From assembly GCA_003228685.1 (NCBI GenBank), contig QIFC01000123.1:206-64205 (forward strand): DNA of 64,000 bases. The letters are read 5' to 3'. The notes under the pieces were generated by a model that worked only from the letters and a program-made list of their open reading frames with translations, was not told the DNA's origin and ran no database searches. The DNA comes from Chloroflexota bacterium (lineage in GTDB: Bacteria > Chloroflexota > Dehalococcoidia > DSTF01 > RBG-16-68-14). Positions within the stretch are counted from its first letter, which is position 1, and every line of letters starts with the position of its first letter. A program made the position numbers and the translations under genes. Shown here piece after piece: positions 9,303 to 19,559 of this stretch.

Positions 9303-9970
9303 CAGGCTTCTTCAGGCGAATCGCCCCAGGCGCGCTTCACGTGTACGTAGACGTACCACGCCACGAGCACCAGGGTGACCGCGACGATCGGGATATCGGC
9401 CGGGCGCATCCAGTCACGCAGGTCTTCCCAGTTCTCGCCGAGGGCGAACCCACCCCAGGCTAGGCCAAGCGACCAGATGAATGCACCGGCGAACGTGTAG
9501 ATGATGAACCGTCCGATCGGCATCCGCGAAATACCAGCCGGAACGCTGATGAACGTCCGGATCACGGGCAGCAAGCGCGAAAAGAATATCGCGGCATTAC
9601 CCCACCGTTCAAAGAAGCGGTCAGCGAGGTCGAGGTCGTGGCGCGAGATGAGGACGTACTTGCCGTATTTCAAGACGAGCGGCCTGCCTCCCCACACGCC
9701 CACGTAGTACGCAATCACCGAACCGAGCGTGTTGCCGAGCGCGCCCGCAAGAGCAGCCAGCAGGAGCCACTCCTCTCCCAGCCCTTCGTCCTTTACGAGC
9801 TTCCAGCCCGCTAGCGGCATGATCAGTTCGCTGGGCAGGGGGATGGCCGCACTCTCGATCGCCATCATCACGACAAGGCCGGGCCATCCGATCACATCGT
9901 AGGTGCCGTCGATGAAATCGAGTAGCCCGGCCTCGATGCTGTCGATTAGGGCTTGTATTGCTTCAATCAA
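9302..9970 (-). CDS. DedA-family membrane protein
   Basis: MAIESAAIPLPSELIMPLAG, SRLLPVIRTFISVPAG. Confidence 0.92.
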   Translation of the reverse strand: MIEAIQALIDSIEAGLLDFIDGTYDVIGWPGLVVMMAIESAAIPLPSELIMPLAGWKLVKDEGLGEEWLLLAALAGALGNTLGSVIAYYVGVWGGRPLVLKYGKYVLISRHDLDLADRFFERWGNAAIFFSRLLPVIRTFISVPAGISRMPIGRFIIYTFAGAFIWSLGLAWGGFALGENWEDLRDWMRPADIPIVAVTLVLVAWYVYVHVKRAWGDSPEEA

Positions 9971-10049
9971 AGAAGTTCTGAATCCAAGTTTTGGTCAGTC
10001 TAACACAGCACTCGAAGCCATTCGTATCGGGGATGTTACTATGCCTGCC

Positions 10050-10688
10050 ATGAGCGAAGCGCCGTTCTTGCCGGAGCACTTCCAGCGCCAGGACGAACGC
10101 GATGACGCGGCCTACTACGTGGCGCCCCGGCTCATGACGCACATCGATGAGGCCGCGATCGACGCTGTTCGGGCGCTCTATGCCGAGTTGCTCCCAGCGG
10201 ACGGCGTCATCCTGGACATGATGTCGAGTTGGAAGTCCCACTTTCCGGAGGAGGTCCCCAGGGAGCGGACGGTGGGACTCGGCATGAACGAAATCGAGAT
10301 GCGCGAGAACGGCCAGCTCGACGACTACGTCGTGCACGACGTCAACGCCGAGCCCCAGTTGCCGTTTGAGGATGCGGAATTCGATGCTGGCGTGATGACC
10401 GTCTCCGTCCAGTACCTGACCCAGCCAGTCGAGGTGTTCCGAGAGCTGCGGCGAGTGCTGCGGCCCGGCGCGCCCTTCGTAGTTACGTTCTCGAATCGCA
10501 TCTTTCCTGAAAAGGCCGTCGCGATCTGGCAGGCCTGCACCGCGGAGGAGCGCGCCCGGCTGGTGGGCGCATATTTCCACTACGCGGAGGGTTGGGATGG
10601 CATCATGGCGAAAGACCGCAGCCCGAATATCGGCGTGCCCACCGACCCGCTCTACACGGTTTGGGCGCGCGCCGCAGCCGCGAACTGA
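10050..10688 (+). CDS. Class I SAM-dependent methyltransferase (type 11-like)
   Basis: PRLMTHID, ILDMMSSWKSH, GLGMNE.EM, VSVQYL, TFSNR; start 10041 or 10050. Confidence 0.85.
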   Translation: MSEAPFLPEHFQRQDERDDAAYYVAPRLMTHIDEAAIDAVRALYAELLPADGVILDMMSSWKSHFPEEVPRERTVGLGMNEIEMRENGQLDDYVVHDVNAEPQLPFEDAEFDAGVMTVSVQYLTQPVEVFRELRRVLRPGAPFVVTFSNRIFPEKAVAIWQACTAEERARLVGAYFHYAEGWDGIMAKDRSPNIGVPTDPLYTVWARAAAAN

Positions 10689-10704
10689 GGCGCGGTAGCG
10701 TGTT

Positions 10705-11406
10705 CTACGGCTGTAGACCCGCGTCCGCGCCTGCCAGCTTGGCGGCCGGGCCGTCTAAGGGATACTCGTCGCCCCAGCGCGCCTGTTGTTCGGCCAGGCG
10801 CTCCGAGAGAAGCGTTCGGAACTTCGATGACCTGAGGGGCGGAGTGCTCATGAGCACTGCGTCCTCTTGATTGTCGCTGTAGTAGCGGGCGCGCACGCCT
10901 ACCTGCATAAAGCCGTACTTCTCGTAGAGCTTCCGCGCACCGTGGTTGGAGATGCGGTACTCCAGCGTCACGCCATCCTGGCCCGCCTCCTGGGCGGCGT
11001 CCATGATCGCGACCACGAGCAGTTCGCCAATGCCCTGACGCCGGTAGGCTTCGCGCACCGCAATCGTCACAATGTGGCCTTCGCCCATCATGCACCAGAG
11101 CCCGACGACTCCTAAGATGCGCTCCTGTGTAGCGGCGACTGGGCTGAACAGCCGGCGCAGCAGGCCGCTGAGACCGCGTTCGCGCTGGAGAGGTGCCGTT
11201 GCCTCCTCGGGAGGCGCCGCTGCGTTCATGTCATCACTCAGCGGCTCATAAGCGACCAGATAGCGCGCAAGCTTGTTTTTCAACTCCTTGCGATACGTCG
11301 TCTGCGGCCACATGGTGGGGAAGGACTCCCGCTCGATGTCCATCACTTGCGGAATATCGCCCAATGCCATGGGCCGGATCTTACAGTGAGTCTGCGCCGC
11401 ACGCAT
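10705..11406 (-). CDS. rimI: Ribosomal protein S18-alanine N-acetyltransferase (GNAT)
   Basis: IERESF..W, HIVTIAV, RRQGIG, LEYRISN..A..LYEKYGF, RARYYSDNQEDA; start uncertain (11406 or 11427). Confidence 0.85.
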   Translation of the reverse strand: MRAAQTHCKIRPMALGDIPQVMDIERESFPTMWPQTTYRKELKNKLARYLVAYEPLSDDMNAAAPPEEATAPLQRERGLSGLLRRLFSPVAATQERILGVVGLWCMMGEGHIVTIAVREAYRRQGIGELLVVAIMDAAQEAGQDGVTLEYRISNHGARKLYEKYGFMQVGVRARYYSDNQEDAVLMSTPPLRSSKFRTLLSERLAEQQARWGDEYPLDGPAAKLAGADAGLQP

Positions 11407-11505
11407 AATGTAGTCCTCAGAATGCACCCGGGCCTATCGGCGCTCCATTGTAACATGGGTGTCGATGCGACGTAGCGGCGAGGCAAGCTGTTGAAGCTCC
11501 AAAGG

Positions 11506-11534
11506 TTGACGTTAGCGTAAAGATTAGATATACT
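11506..11534 (+). promoter_or_regulatory. Sigma70-type promoter of the ABC exporter pair
   Basis: TTGACG-N17-TATACT. Confidence 0.65.
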
Positions 11535-11569
11535 CCCATCCGAACGTACGAGCTATAGCAAGGACACGT

Positions 11570-13393
11570 ATGCGACGTCGCGGATCGCCGATTTTGCTTC
11601 GGCTTCTGGCCTATGCTTTCCCCTACTGGCGCATAGTTCTGCTAGCGCAGATCTGTGTGCTCGGTGCCGCCGCGTTCATGGTGGCGATGCCAATGATCGT
11701 TCAGCGCGCGATCGATACCGGTCTCGACATGCAGAATGGTGTCGCAACCGGCGAGAAGTCCACGCTCGTTTGGTTCGGTGTCGCGATTGTCGCGATTTCC
11801 ATTCTGCGCGGTGCGTTCGGCTATGGGCAGACGTACGTTGGTGAGTGGATCGCTTCGACAGTCTCATACGACGTCCGAAATGACATCTACAACCATCTCC
11901 AGCGTTTGAGCTTCGCCTACCATGACAAGGCGCAGACCGGCCAGATCATGTCCCGAGCAACGCAGGACGTCGAGGCCGTTCGCATGTTCATCAGCATCGG
12001 CGTTCTGCGCATCGTGTATCTGTTCATCCTGATTGTTGCCGTAATGGTGCTGATGGCGATGTCGAGCTGGCAGCTCGCGCTGGTCTCCTCGGTGTTCGTC
12101 GTTCTTGTGGCGGCGCGCTCAATCGTCGTCGCCGCCAGGATTCGGCCAATCTGGATGCAGGTGCAGGATCTGCAGGGCCGTCTCGGGACGGTGCTTCAGG
12201 AGAATCTCTCCGGCATGCGCGTTGTGAAGGCATTCGCTCGAGAGCAACAAGAGAGCGTCAAGTTCTCCAAAGAGGCGAAGGAACTCTTCGAAGTGTCATT
12301 CACGGCGAACCGTATTCAAGCGTTCAACCAGCCGCTGATGACGGGCATTTGGATGCTCTCTATGGTCGCCGTCGCTTGGATAGGCGCGTATCAGATCGAG
12401 CAAGGGGCGCTGACGGGCGGTCAGCTGGGCGCCTTCATGCTCTACCTGACGATCCTCCAACTGCCGGTGCGGATGCTCGGGTTCATCGTCATGATGTTCG
12501 CGCGGGCCCAGTCCGCCGGCGAACGCATCTACGATATCCTGGACGCCGAATCGGCTGTCCAAGAGAAGGCCGATGCCGTCGGGTTGAAAGACCTGGAAGG
12601 CCACGTTGTGTTCGAGAACGTCGCGTTCTCATACGATGCGATCAGCCCCGTGCTTCGCGGTGTGGATATCGAGGCAAAGCCTGGTGACGTGATCGCCCTG
12701 CTCGGCCCGACGGGCTCTGGCAAGAGCACGGTCGTCAACCTGATGCCCCGCTTCTACGACGTCACGGAGGGCGCAATCAAGATCGATGGCGTGGACATTC
12801 GAGACACCACGATCAAGTCGCTTCGCGAGAATATCGGGACCGTTCAGCAGGACGTCTTCCTGTTCTCCGCAACGATTCGCGACAACATCGCCTATGGTGT
12901 GGTCGACGCTTCGCAAGAAGACATCGAGCGCGTGGCGAAGGCGGCGCGACTCCATGACTACATCGTCACCCAGCCTGAAGGGTACGACACCTGGGTAGGC
13001 GAACGCGGGCTGACGCTCTCCGGTGGACAGCGCCAGCGCATCGTCATCGCTCGCACGTTGCTCACCAACCCCAAGATCCTGATCCTCGATGACTCGACGT
13101 CGAGCGTCGACGCGGAGACCGAGCACTTGATCCAACAGGCGCTTTCCGAAGTGATGAAAGACCGTACGACGTTCGTGATCGCCCAGCGGCTGAAGACGCT
13201 GCAGAACGCCGACCAGATCCTCGTACTGCAGGGCGGGCGCATCATCGAGCGTGGAACCCATGACGAATTGATCGAAGAAGAAGGTCTCTATCGCGAGATC
13301 TACGACCTCGAACTGCGCGACCAAGAAGAGGCGTACCAGCGTACGCAGGCTGGTGCGAGCGCTGAGCCGTCGCCGGCAGGAGGGGGTGCGTAA
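11570..13393 (+). CDS. ABC exporter ATP-binding/permease subunit (degenerate-site half of a heterodimer)
   Basis: TM domain plus GPTGSGKS, LSGGQRQR; Walker B ILDD and switch IAQR are degenerate. Confidence 0.93.
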   Translation: MRRRGSPILLRLLAYAFPYWRIVLLAQICVLGAAAFMVAMPMIVQRAIDTGLDMQNGVATGEKSTLVWFGVAIVAISILRGAFGYGQTYVGEWIASTVSYDVRNDIYNHLQRLSFAYHDKAQTGQIMSRATQDVEAVRMFISIGVLRIVYLFILIVAVMVLMAMSSWQLALVSSVFVVLVAARSIVVAARIRPIWMQVQDLQGRLGTVLQENLSGMRVVKAFAREQQESVKFSKEAKELFEVSFTANRIQAFNQPLMTGIWMLSMVAVAWIGAYQIEQGALTGGQLGAFMLYLTILQLPVRMLGFIVMMFARAQSAGERIYDILDAESAVQEKADAVGLKDLEGHVVFENVAFSYDAISPVLRGVDIEAKPGDVIALLGPTGSGKSTVVNLMPRFYDVTEGAIKIDGVDIRDTTIKSLRENIGTVQQDVFLFSATIRDNIAYGVVDASQEDIERVAKAARLHDYIVTQPEGYDTWVGERGLTLSGGQRQRIVIARTLLTNPKILILDDSTSSVDAETEHLIQQALSEVMKDRTTFVIAQRLKTLQNADQILVLQGGRIIERGTHDELIEEEGLYREIYDLELRDQEEAYQRTQAGASAEPSPAGGGA

Positions 13394-13396
13394 CCA

Positions 13397-15298
13397 ATGC
13401 ATTTTGGAGGGAACGTCGGCTGGAGCGGACTGGGCCCGCGCGCCGGCATGGGCGGGTTCCAGCGCTTGCGCGGAGGCCTTGACGGTTGGGATGACGAAGA
13501 GTTCGGCTCCGTATTTGATTACAAGGTTATCCGCAGGCTCATAGGTTACCTGGCGCCGTTCAAGGGCCGCGTGTTCTTGGCAATCGTTGGCATGGTGGTG
13601 TTCGTCGCCACCACTCGCTTCCAGCCGATCCTCATCGGGCAACTCATCGACTCCGCGGCGGACAAAGATCTCGCCGCGGTGAACCGGGCAGGCATCATCT
13701 TCATCGTGTTGGCAGTGGGGGCGGGCTTATCGTCCTATCTTCAGCTCATCAATACGGGCTGGGTCGGCCACCGCGTGCTCTTCACACTGCGTACCCAAAT
13801 GTTCAACCACCTCCAGAAGCTCTCGCTGCGCTTCTACGATAACAACGAGGTTGGCAAGGTGATGTCGCGCGTCACGAGCGACGTAACGACGTTGCAGGAG
13901 CTGCTGGCAACTGGGTTCATTACGATTCTCGCCGACTTCGGTGGCCTTGTCGTCGTCGTCGGGCTGATGCTCTACCTGGACGTGCAACTGACGCTTGTGA
14001 CGCTCGCCATTGTGCCGTTCTTGGTCGCCGGGATGGGCGTTTGGCAGATGTACGCGCGTAAGGCGTTTCTTCGCGTCAGGCAGGCGATCGCTGTCGTGAA
14101 CGCGAGCCTGCAGGAAAACGTCTCCGGCGTGCGCGTGATCCAGAGCCTCTCGCGAGAGGGCGAAAGCAGCAAACGCTTCGATAACGTGAACAAGGACAAC
14201 TTCAGCGCGCAGGTGAGCGCCAGCAGAATCACGGCCGCCGTCCTCCCCATGGTCGAACTCAGCGTCGCGGTAGCGACTGCCAGCGTCATCATCTTTGGTG
14301 GCTTTCGGGTGTTCAACGGCGATATGTCGATCGGCAACCTCGTCGCCTTTGCGCTCCTCGTGCAAGGGTTCTTTGAACCCGTGCGTACGCTGACGATGCA
14401 GTACACGCAGCTCCAGCGCGCGATGGCCGGTGGCGACCGCATCTTCGAAGTGCTGGACACGGAGCCCGAGATCAAAGACGCCCCAGACGCCATCGAGCTT
14501 GAGGACGTGCGCGGCGCGGTCGAATTCGAACACGTCACCCATGAGTACGTCCCAGACGTGCCCGTGCTGAAAGATTTCAGCCTGAAGGTTGAGCCGGGCG
14601 AAACGATCGCGTTCGTTGGTCCGACGGGCGCGGGCAAGACCACGGTCACCGCGCTGATTTCGCGCTTCTACGACGCGCATAAGGGCCGGATCCTCATCGA
14701 TGGCCACGACATCCGCAACATCCAACGCAAGTCGCTGGCCAGGCGGATGGGCCTCGTGCTTCAGGAGCCATTCATGTTCTCGGGCACCGTGGTACAGAAC
14801 ATTCGCTACAGCCGTCCGGACGCATCGATGGAGGACGTGGAACGTGCCGCGGCAGCCGTCGGAGCGCACGATTTCATCATGCGGCTTGAAGACGGCTACG
14901 ACACGGAGCTACAAGAGCGCGGGCAGAACCTCTCGGTCGGCCAGCGCCAACTCCTCGCATTCGCCCGCGCCGTCCTCGCCGACCCACGCATCCTCATCCT
15001 GGACGAAGCCACGGCCAACGTGGACACGCGTACCGAGGCGGTGATTCAGAAAGCGCTCAACGAATTGCTGAAGGACCGCACGTCATTCGTCATCGCCCAC
15101 CGCTTGTCGACGATCCGCAACGCGGACCGCGTCGTCGTGCTGGAGGACGGCCGGATTACTGAAATGGGTACGCACGATGAGTTGCTGGCACTCGGCGGAC
15201 TCTACGCGAAGCTCTACCAGATGACCTACCAGAAGCAAAATGGGGGCAGTCCTGGCGAGCCGGTCGTCGACCAGAAGACCCGCCCCGCCACCACGTAG
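13397..15298 (+). CDS. ABC exporter ATP-binding/permease subunit (consensus-site half)
   Basis: GPTGAGKT, LSVGQRQ, ILDEAT, IAHR. Confidence 0.93.
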   Translation: MHFGGNVGWSGLGPRAGMGGFQRLRGGLDGWDDEEFGSVFDYKVIRRLIGYLAPFKGRVFLAIVGMVVFVATTRFQPILIGQLIDSAADKDLAAVNRAGIIFIVLAVGAGLSSYLQLINTGWVGHRVLFTLRTQMFNHLQKLSLRFYDNNEVGKVMSRVTSDVTTLQELLATGFITILADFGGLVVVVGLMLYLDVQLTLVTLAIVPFLVAGMGVWQMYARKAFLRVRQAIAVVNASLQENVSGVRVIQSLSREGESSKRFDNVNKDNFSAQVSASRITAAVLPMVELSVAVATASVIIFGGFRVFNGDMSIGNLVAFALLVQGFFEPVRTLTMQYTQLQRAMAGGDRIFEVLDTEPEIKDAPDAIELEDVRGAVEFEHVTHEYVPDVPVLKDFSLKVEPGETIAFVGPTGAGKTTVTALISRFYDAHKGRILIDGHDIRNIQRKSLARRMGLVLQEPFMFSGTVVQNIRYSRPDASMEDVERAAAAVGAHDFIMRLEDGYDTELQERGQNLSVGQRQLLAFARAVLADPRILILDEATANVDTRTEAVIQKALNELLKDRTSFVIAHRLSTIRNADRVVVLEDGRITEMGTHDELLALGGLYAKLYQMTYQKQNGGSPGEPVVDQKTRPATT

Positions 15299-15571
15299 GA
15301 TTAGGGACGGTCCCTACTTGACGCTCCGGCGGAGCGCTTGTTACTCTGAACGAGAATGGAAAGACTGCCATGATAAAGACCAACAGCCGCTGGACGACTA
15401 CCAATGATTCCCACGCGTGTGGGAGTCGAGTGCCATTTGGCGTGGGTTGGGGTATCTGATCGAGGTACTAAGGTTTCATCCGCCGGCCCGCTGCCACAAG
15501 CAGTGGGCCGTTTGTATTCAAGGGAGAGCAGATTGACAGTGTTAGAGACGCCGGTCGAAAGGTTGGAGACC

Positions 15572-16201
15572 TTGACCGAGAGTGGAGACGTCCTGCCACA
15601 GGGGCAGTGCCCCACGTGCGGGGCCGACGTACCCGGGGGCTTTCGCTTCTGCGGGCAGTGCGGCCGCGCGCTCGCGGCCACGCTCGCGCCCGTCCCGGGC
15701 GATCTCGTGACGATCTCGTTCGTGGACTTGGAGGGCTTCACATCGTATGCGAGCCGTGTCGATGAGGACGAGGTGCGGCGCCTGATCCGTGGCTTTCACG
15801 GTCTGGTGCGCGAGCAGGTGGGCCGCCATGGCGGGTTCGAAGTGAAGCAGCTTGGCGATGGCTTCATGCTTGCCTTCTCCAACCCCGTCACGGCTGTCGT
15901 CTGCGTCGCGGACATCCAGCGCGCCGTTGTGCCGTGGGCCAAGGACGGCGCCGCTATCCGCGTCAGCGCAGGCCTCAACAGTGGCGACGCCATTCGCGAA
16001 GGCGACGACTTCTTCGGACACACCGTGAACGTAGCGTCGCGCATCACCGACCGCGCCGCCGGGGGCCAAGTGCTCCTCTCGGAGGCGACGCGCGTCGCCG
16101 CGGGGCCCGTCGACGGCCTGCGTTTCGAGGACCGGGGCCGCCGCCGTCTGCGCGGCATCGCCCAGCGCCTGCGTCTGTTCGAACTGGTCTGGTGGGACTA
16201 G
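15572..16201 (+). CDS. Class III adenylate/guanylate cyclase with N-terminal zinc ribbon
   Basis: CPTCG...FCGQCG; FVDLEGFT, VKQLGDG, DFFGHTVNVASR (K/D specificity residues suggest ATP); start uncertain. Confidence 0.82.
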   Translation: MTESGDVLPQGQCPTCGADVPGGFRFCGQCGRALAATLAPVPGDLVTISFVDLEGFTSYASRVDEDEVRRLIRGFHGLVREQVGRHGGFEVKQLGDGFMLAFSNPVTAVVCVADIQRAVVPWAKDGAAIRVSAGLNSGDAIREGDDFFGHTVNVASRITDRAAGGQVLLSEATRVAAGPVDGLRFEDRGRRRLRGIAQRLRLFELVWWD

Positions 16202-16254
16202 GCTAGCAGGAATCCCCCGAGAAATCGGGGAATTCTCGCTGTTCTCACCCGCGG

Positions 16255-17385
16255 TTATTTGCAGCTGTGGCGGAATTGGAGCACGACACCTAGGATATCG
16301 TTCGCTAGGTCAATCCTGCCGTCTGGCGCTGTCATGTTCCACGGATTGGGCCCTATTGAGGGGCCACGGTCAAAGCGGGGGTCGTAGTCTGTCACATGGA
16401 GAATCACGCCAAGGATGTCGTTGGCAAGGTCGACGACGCCGTCAGGTGGTCCGCCACCGGGCCCTGATACATCGTATAGGTCCCAGGGGTTCAGTGGATC
16501 GCGCTCTCCGCCGTCGGCGGCGGACGCGAACAACTCCGTGCCGTCCTGGCAGAGGTCACCATCAGTGTCTGGCATGGTCAGGTCCAACCCCAACTGGGCC
16601 TCCACGAAATCAGCAAGGCCGTCGTTGTCGGAGTCCGGCGGGATGGCGTTGGTGAAGACTTCCGCGAGCATCCGGTGTCCCTCTGTCGACGGGTGGACGG
16701 TGTCGCCGGAAATGAACTCGGAGTCGCGGCCCGAGAAATACGCAGGCACGTCAACGTGGATGGCCCCGTGTTCGGCGATCTCCGACAGGATGATGCTGTT
16801 CATGGCCGCGGTGGTGTCCTTGTTCCAGATGTCGTAGTAGGTCATCACCAGCAGGTGCGTGTCCGGCTCAAGCGCCGCTGTCAACTCCGTCAGAATGACG
16901 TGGAGGTTGGCCTCGATACCCGCGAGCGCCTGCGCGACCAACTCGTCGCAGGCGGGCGTCGAGTCGACGGCGCAGAGTCTGCCATCTGGGTCGCGCAACC
17001 ACAGCCAGTCGTTCGCGCCGATGCCAAGCGTCACGGCCGAGACAGCGCCCGGCGTAGCCTCCGCGAGCAGGGAGAGCGCTTCATCGAGCTGCGGTTGCGA
17101 CCGGCCGCTCGGCCAGTCTACGACACGTTCGATGATGCCACGCGACCTCGTGCCGCCGATGCCGAGATTCACGAGGTCATTACCCGTCTGCTCCGCGAAG
17201 ATCGTCGCCCACTGCTCCTCGTACGGCACGCAGCAGCCGGAGGCGAGCGAATTCCCCATCACAATGACTTGCGTGGGGGAACCGGCCACGCCAACGGAAT
17301 TCGTCGACGTGCCTACTTGAAGGATAAAGACCGCTATGAAGGCGGCAACGAGCGCTGTTAGCCAGCGCACGGCAACGAGTGGCAT
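16255..17385 (-). CDS. Secreted SGNH/GDSL hydrolase with flexitail-like C-terminal repeat domain
   Basis: Signal peptide; GNSL, GIGG, GAND, DTVHP; C-terminal NPWDLYDV...DG.VDLANDILGV x2. Confidence 0.8.
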   Translation of the reverse strand: MPLVAVRWLTALVAAFIAVFILQVGTSTNSVGVAGSPTQVIVMGNSLASGCCVPYEEQWATIFAEQTGNDLVNLGIGGTRSRGIIERVVDWPSGRSQPQLDEALSLLAEATPGAVSAVTLGIGANDWLWLRDPDGRLCAVDSTPACDELVAQALAGIEANLHVILTELTAALEPDTHLLVMTYYDIWNKDTTAAMNSIILSEIAEHGAIHVDVPAYFSGRDSEFISGDTVHPSTEGHRMLAEVFTNAIPPDSDNDGLADFVEAQLGLDLTMPDTDGDLCQDGTELFASAADGGERDPLNPWDLYDVSGPGGGPPDGVVDLANDILGVILHVTDYDPRFDRGPSIGPNPWNMTAPDGRIDLANDILGVVLQFRHSCK

Positions 17386-17560
17386 GGTTCGTCCTTGAAC
17401 TATGCGGGGGAGTTTGTAGTTCCCAGTCCAAGAGATAGTACTTGGTCAGGTTCCTTTTTGCAAGCGACTGTTGGGCTTCCGGCAGGCGTTGCTTGCTGTT
17501 CGTTCCGCCCAGCCGGCTGTTGCCCAGGCGCGCAAACAGCACTTCTCGCTGCCCGATGTT

Positions 17561-17611
17561 CTATTGGCAGCTGCGGTTGAACTGCAGGATCACGCCGAGA
17601 ATGTCGTTCGA
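17561..17611 (-). pseudogene. Orphan 3'-end remnant of a flexitail-like gene
   Basis: Minus strand reads SNDILGVILQFNRSCQ*, compared with ANDILGVVLQFRHSCK* at the end of the adjacent gene. Confidence 0.7.
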
Positions 17612-17670
17612 CCGCAGCCGGCCAGATGCGAAGCATTTTCCAAACTAGCCCGGAAGGTTAGCCGTCAGCG

Positions 17671-17775
17671 CTAGAAGCCCGGCAGCGCATCAAACAGCGC
17701 TAGTACGAAGATCGTGGTCCAGACGACGAACAGCGCGCCGATAATCGCTCGTACAGTAGGACTTTGATCCCGCAT
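17671..17775 (-). CDS. 34-aa single-pass membrane microprotein
   Basis: MRDQSPTVRAIIGALFVVWTTIFVLALFDALPGF*; below the ORF-track cutoff. Confidence 0.45.
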   Translation of the reverse strand: MRDQSPTVRAIIGALFVVWTTIFVLALFDALPGF

Positions 17776-17863
17776 CGGTACAGACGTTAACAGAGCCCAG
17801 CGACCGCGTATGTGATGTGGTGGAGTACGGAGGCAGGCGTGTGCCTGCCGCGTAGCGGCAGCC

Positions 17864-18685
17864 CTAGGCCACGCCGGAGTCTTCCTTCTCGATGATCTTG
17901 TAGTCGGCGTCGTCCAGAGGGATCAGCTCGCCTTTACGGTAGGAGTTGAACAGCTCGAACATATCGCGTTTGTGCGGGCGCTTCTTGCCAATGGGACATG
18001 CTTCCCAGGCCTCGTAGTCCTCGTCGCAGTAGCCCCAGCGTCGCTCCCCGCACTTCGGCTGGAGGTACATCCCTATCTCGGGGAAGCTGCGGTTCACCTC
18101 GGCGCGCATGAGCGACGCAACTTTGCGGAACTCCCACTGGGCGCGCGTGCAGAGCCGCAGGTCGCAGATGTGCAGTAGCTCCTGAAAATTGACGAGCACC
18201 TTGAAGTTCGTGCCGGTAGCGTTCGGCAGAAGGAAACGGGCGTCTTCGGCCGGCACGCCGGCGTCCAGCATCTCTTGGTACAGTTCTCCCAGCTTTTCGA
18301 AGGCGGCCTCCATCTTCTCTTCCTTGCCGGCCTTTTTGACCGACTGGGGAATGGTGTAAGGGAAAGTGGCGTTCTTGAACTTGACGTAGCGCTGGCTCTG
18401 CTGCTCGAAGCTGATACCGACGCGGTGCCGCACGAACTGGTGGCTGAACGTCCGTGTCACGCCGGAGATGCCGAACTCGAACCAGATCTGCTCCAGCGGC
18501 GACGCGTGGCCCGTCTGGAGCCGGCGCTCGATGAAGTCCGTCATCTTCTCGCGAGAGATGCGGCCGTCCTCGATCCGCTCGTCGATCTGCATCGGCGTGA
18601 GCGAGGAGTAGGCCGTCCGGTAGCCGGTGTAGAGCGAGCGGATAGGGTCGTGCGTGTGGTCCAGCAGCTTGACCTTGATGGGCAT
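17864..18685 (-). CDS. thyX: FAD-dependent thymidylate synthase
   Basis: GHASPLE, SHQFVRHR...SFEQQSQRYV, AEDARFLLP, LRLCTRAQWE. Confidence 0.95.
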   Translation of the reverse strand: MPIKVKLLDHTHDPIRSLYTGYRTAYSSLTPMQIDERIEDGRISREKMTDFIERRLQTGHASPLEQIWFEFGISGVTRTFSHQFVRHRVGISFEQQSQRYVKFKNATFPYTIPQSVKKAGKEEKMEAAFEKLGELYQEMLDAGVPAEDARFLLPNATGTNFKVLVNFQELLHICDLRLCTRAQWEFRKVASLMRAEVNRSFPEIGMYLQPKCGERRWGYCDEDYEAWEACPIGKKRPHKRDMFELFNSYRKGELIPLDDADYKIIEKEDSGVA

Positions 18686-18751
18686 GGCAAGGTCATTGTA
18701 TCGCTCGCGGGCCCGCGTGGCTTGCCGTTACGTCGACTGCGCGAAGATTGG

Positions 18752-19459
18752 CTAGGCGACCGCGGCGAACGCGGCTCCCTGCCAGAGGAGGACGATCAGC
18801 CCGCCGGCCGAGATGAACGGCGCGTAGGGGATCGGCTCGCCCTTCCGGCGCAGGCCGGTCACAAGCAGCAGGGCGGCGATCAGCCCGCCGCTGAACGCCA
18901 TGATCAACATCGCTGCCGGGGCGAGCGTGAACCCGATCGCGAGCCCAACGAAGGCTGCGAGCTTCACGTCACCCATACCCATGCCGATGCCGCCGGTGAA
19001 CAGCGCGGGCAGCAGCAGCACGCTCCCGGTCAACGCCCCGCCGGCCAGCACTTCCCAGACGTTCGCGTTGGGCATCAGCGCGCCGACGACGATCGCGCCG
19101 ATGATCGCCGGATACGTGATGACGTTCGGGACGCGATACGCGAGCAGGTCCGTGCCGGCGCAGGCCACGAATACGCAGATGTAGACGGAGACGAGCGCCA
19201 GCTCCGCAGGTTCGTCAAAGCGGACGGCGGCGATGGCGAAGAGCCCGGCCGTTGCGCCCATCACGACCAGCCGGCGTGGCCACTGCGCGCCGGCCGATGT
19301 GACGACGAGCGAACCGCGCTCCGCCGCCAGCGCCGGCGTCGGCATGACCTCTTCGTCGCCGTCGCTGCCATCATCGGGCGGTACCGCGAGGCGGACGATC
19401 AGAACGTCGAGCGCAACCCCGACTACGAGACCCACCAGCGCGAAGGAGAGTACAAGCAT
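18752..19459 (-). CDS. A24-family prepilin peptidase
   Basis: TDLLAYRVPN, GMGMGDVKL, PIPYAPFI; N-terminal Zn-binding cysteines absent. Confidence 0.85.
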   Translation of the reverse strand: MLVLSFALVGLVVGVALDVLIVRLAVPPDDGSDGDEEVMPTPALAAERGSLVVTSAGAQWPRRLVVMGATAGLFAIAAVRFDEPAELALVSVYICVFVACAGTDLLAYRVPNVITYPAIIGAIVVGALMPNANVWEVLAGGALTGSVLLLPALFTGGIGMGMGDVKLAAFVGLAIGFTLAPAAMLIMAFSGGLIAALLLVTGLRRKGEPIPYAPFISAGGLIVLLWQGAAFAAVA

Positions 19460-19559
19460 TCTATCGAGATCATCGACCGCCAGCCCCAACCGCGACAGGC
19501 GCCGCGAGGGGCGCCTTGTCTGGCCAGATACGCCGGAGTAGGCTGGAAACCGGTCGAAT

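Noticed and set aside
15404-15430. ATTCCCACGCGTGTGGGAGT resembles a type I-E CRISPR repeat
   Set aside because: Single copy, no spacers, no cas genes; better explained as an isolated palindrome
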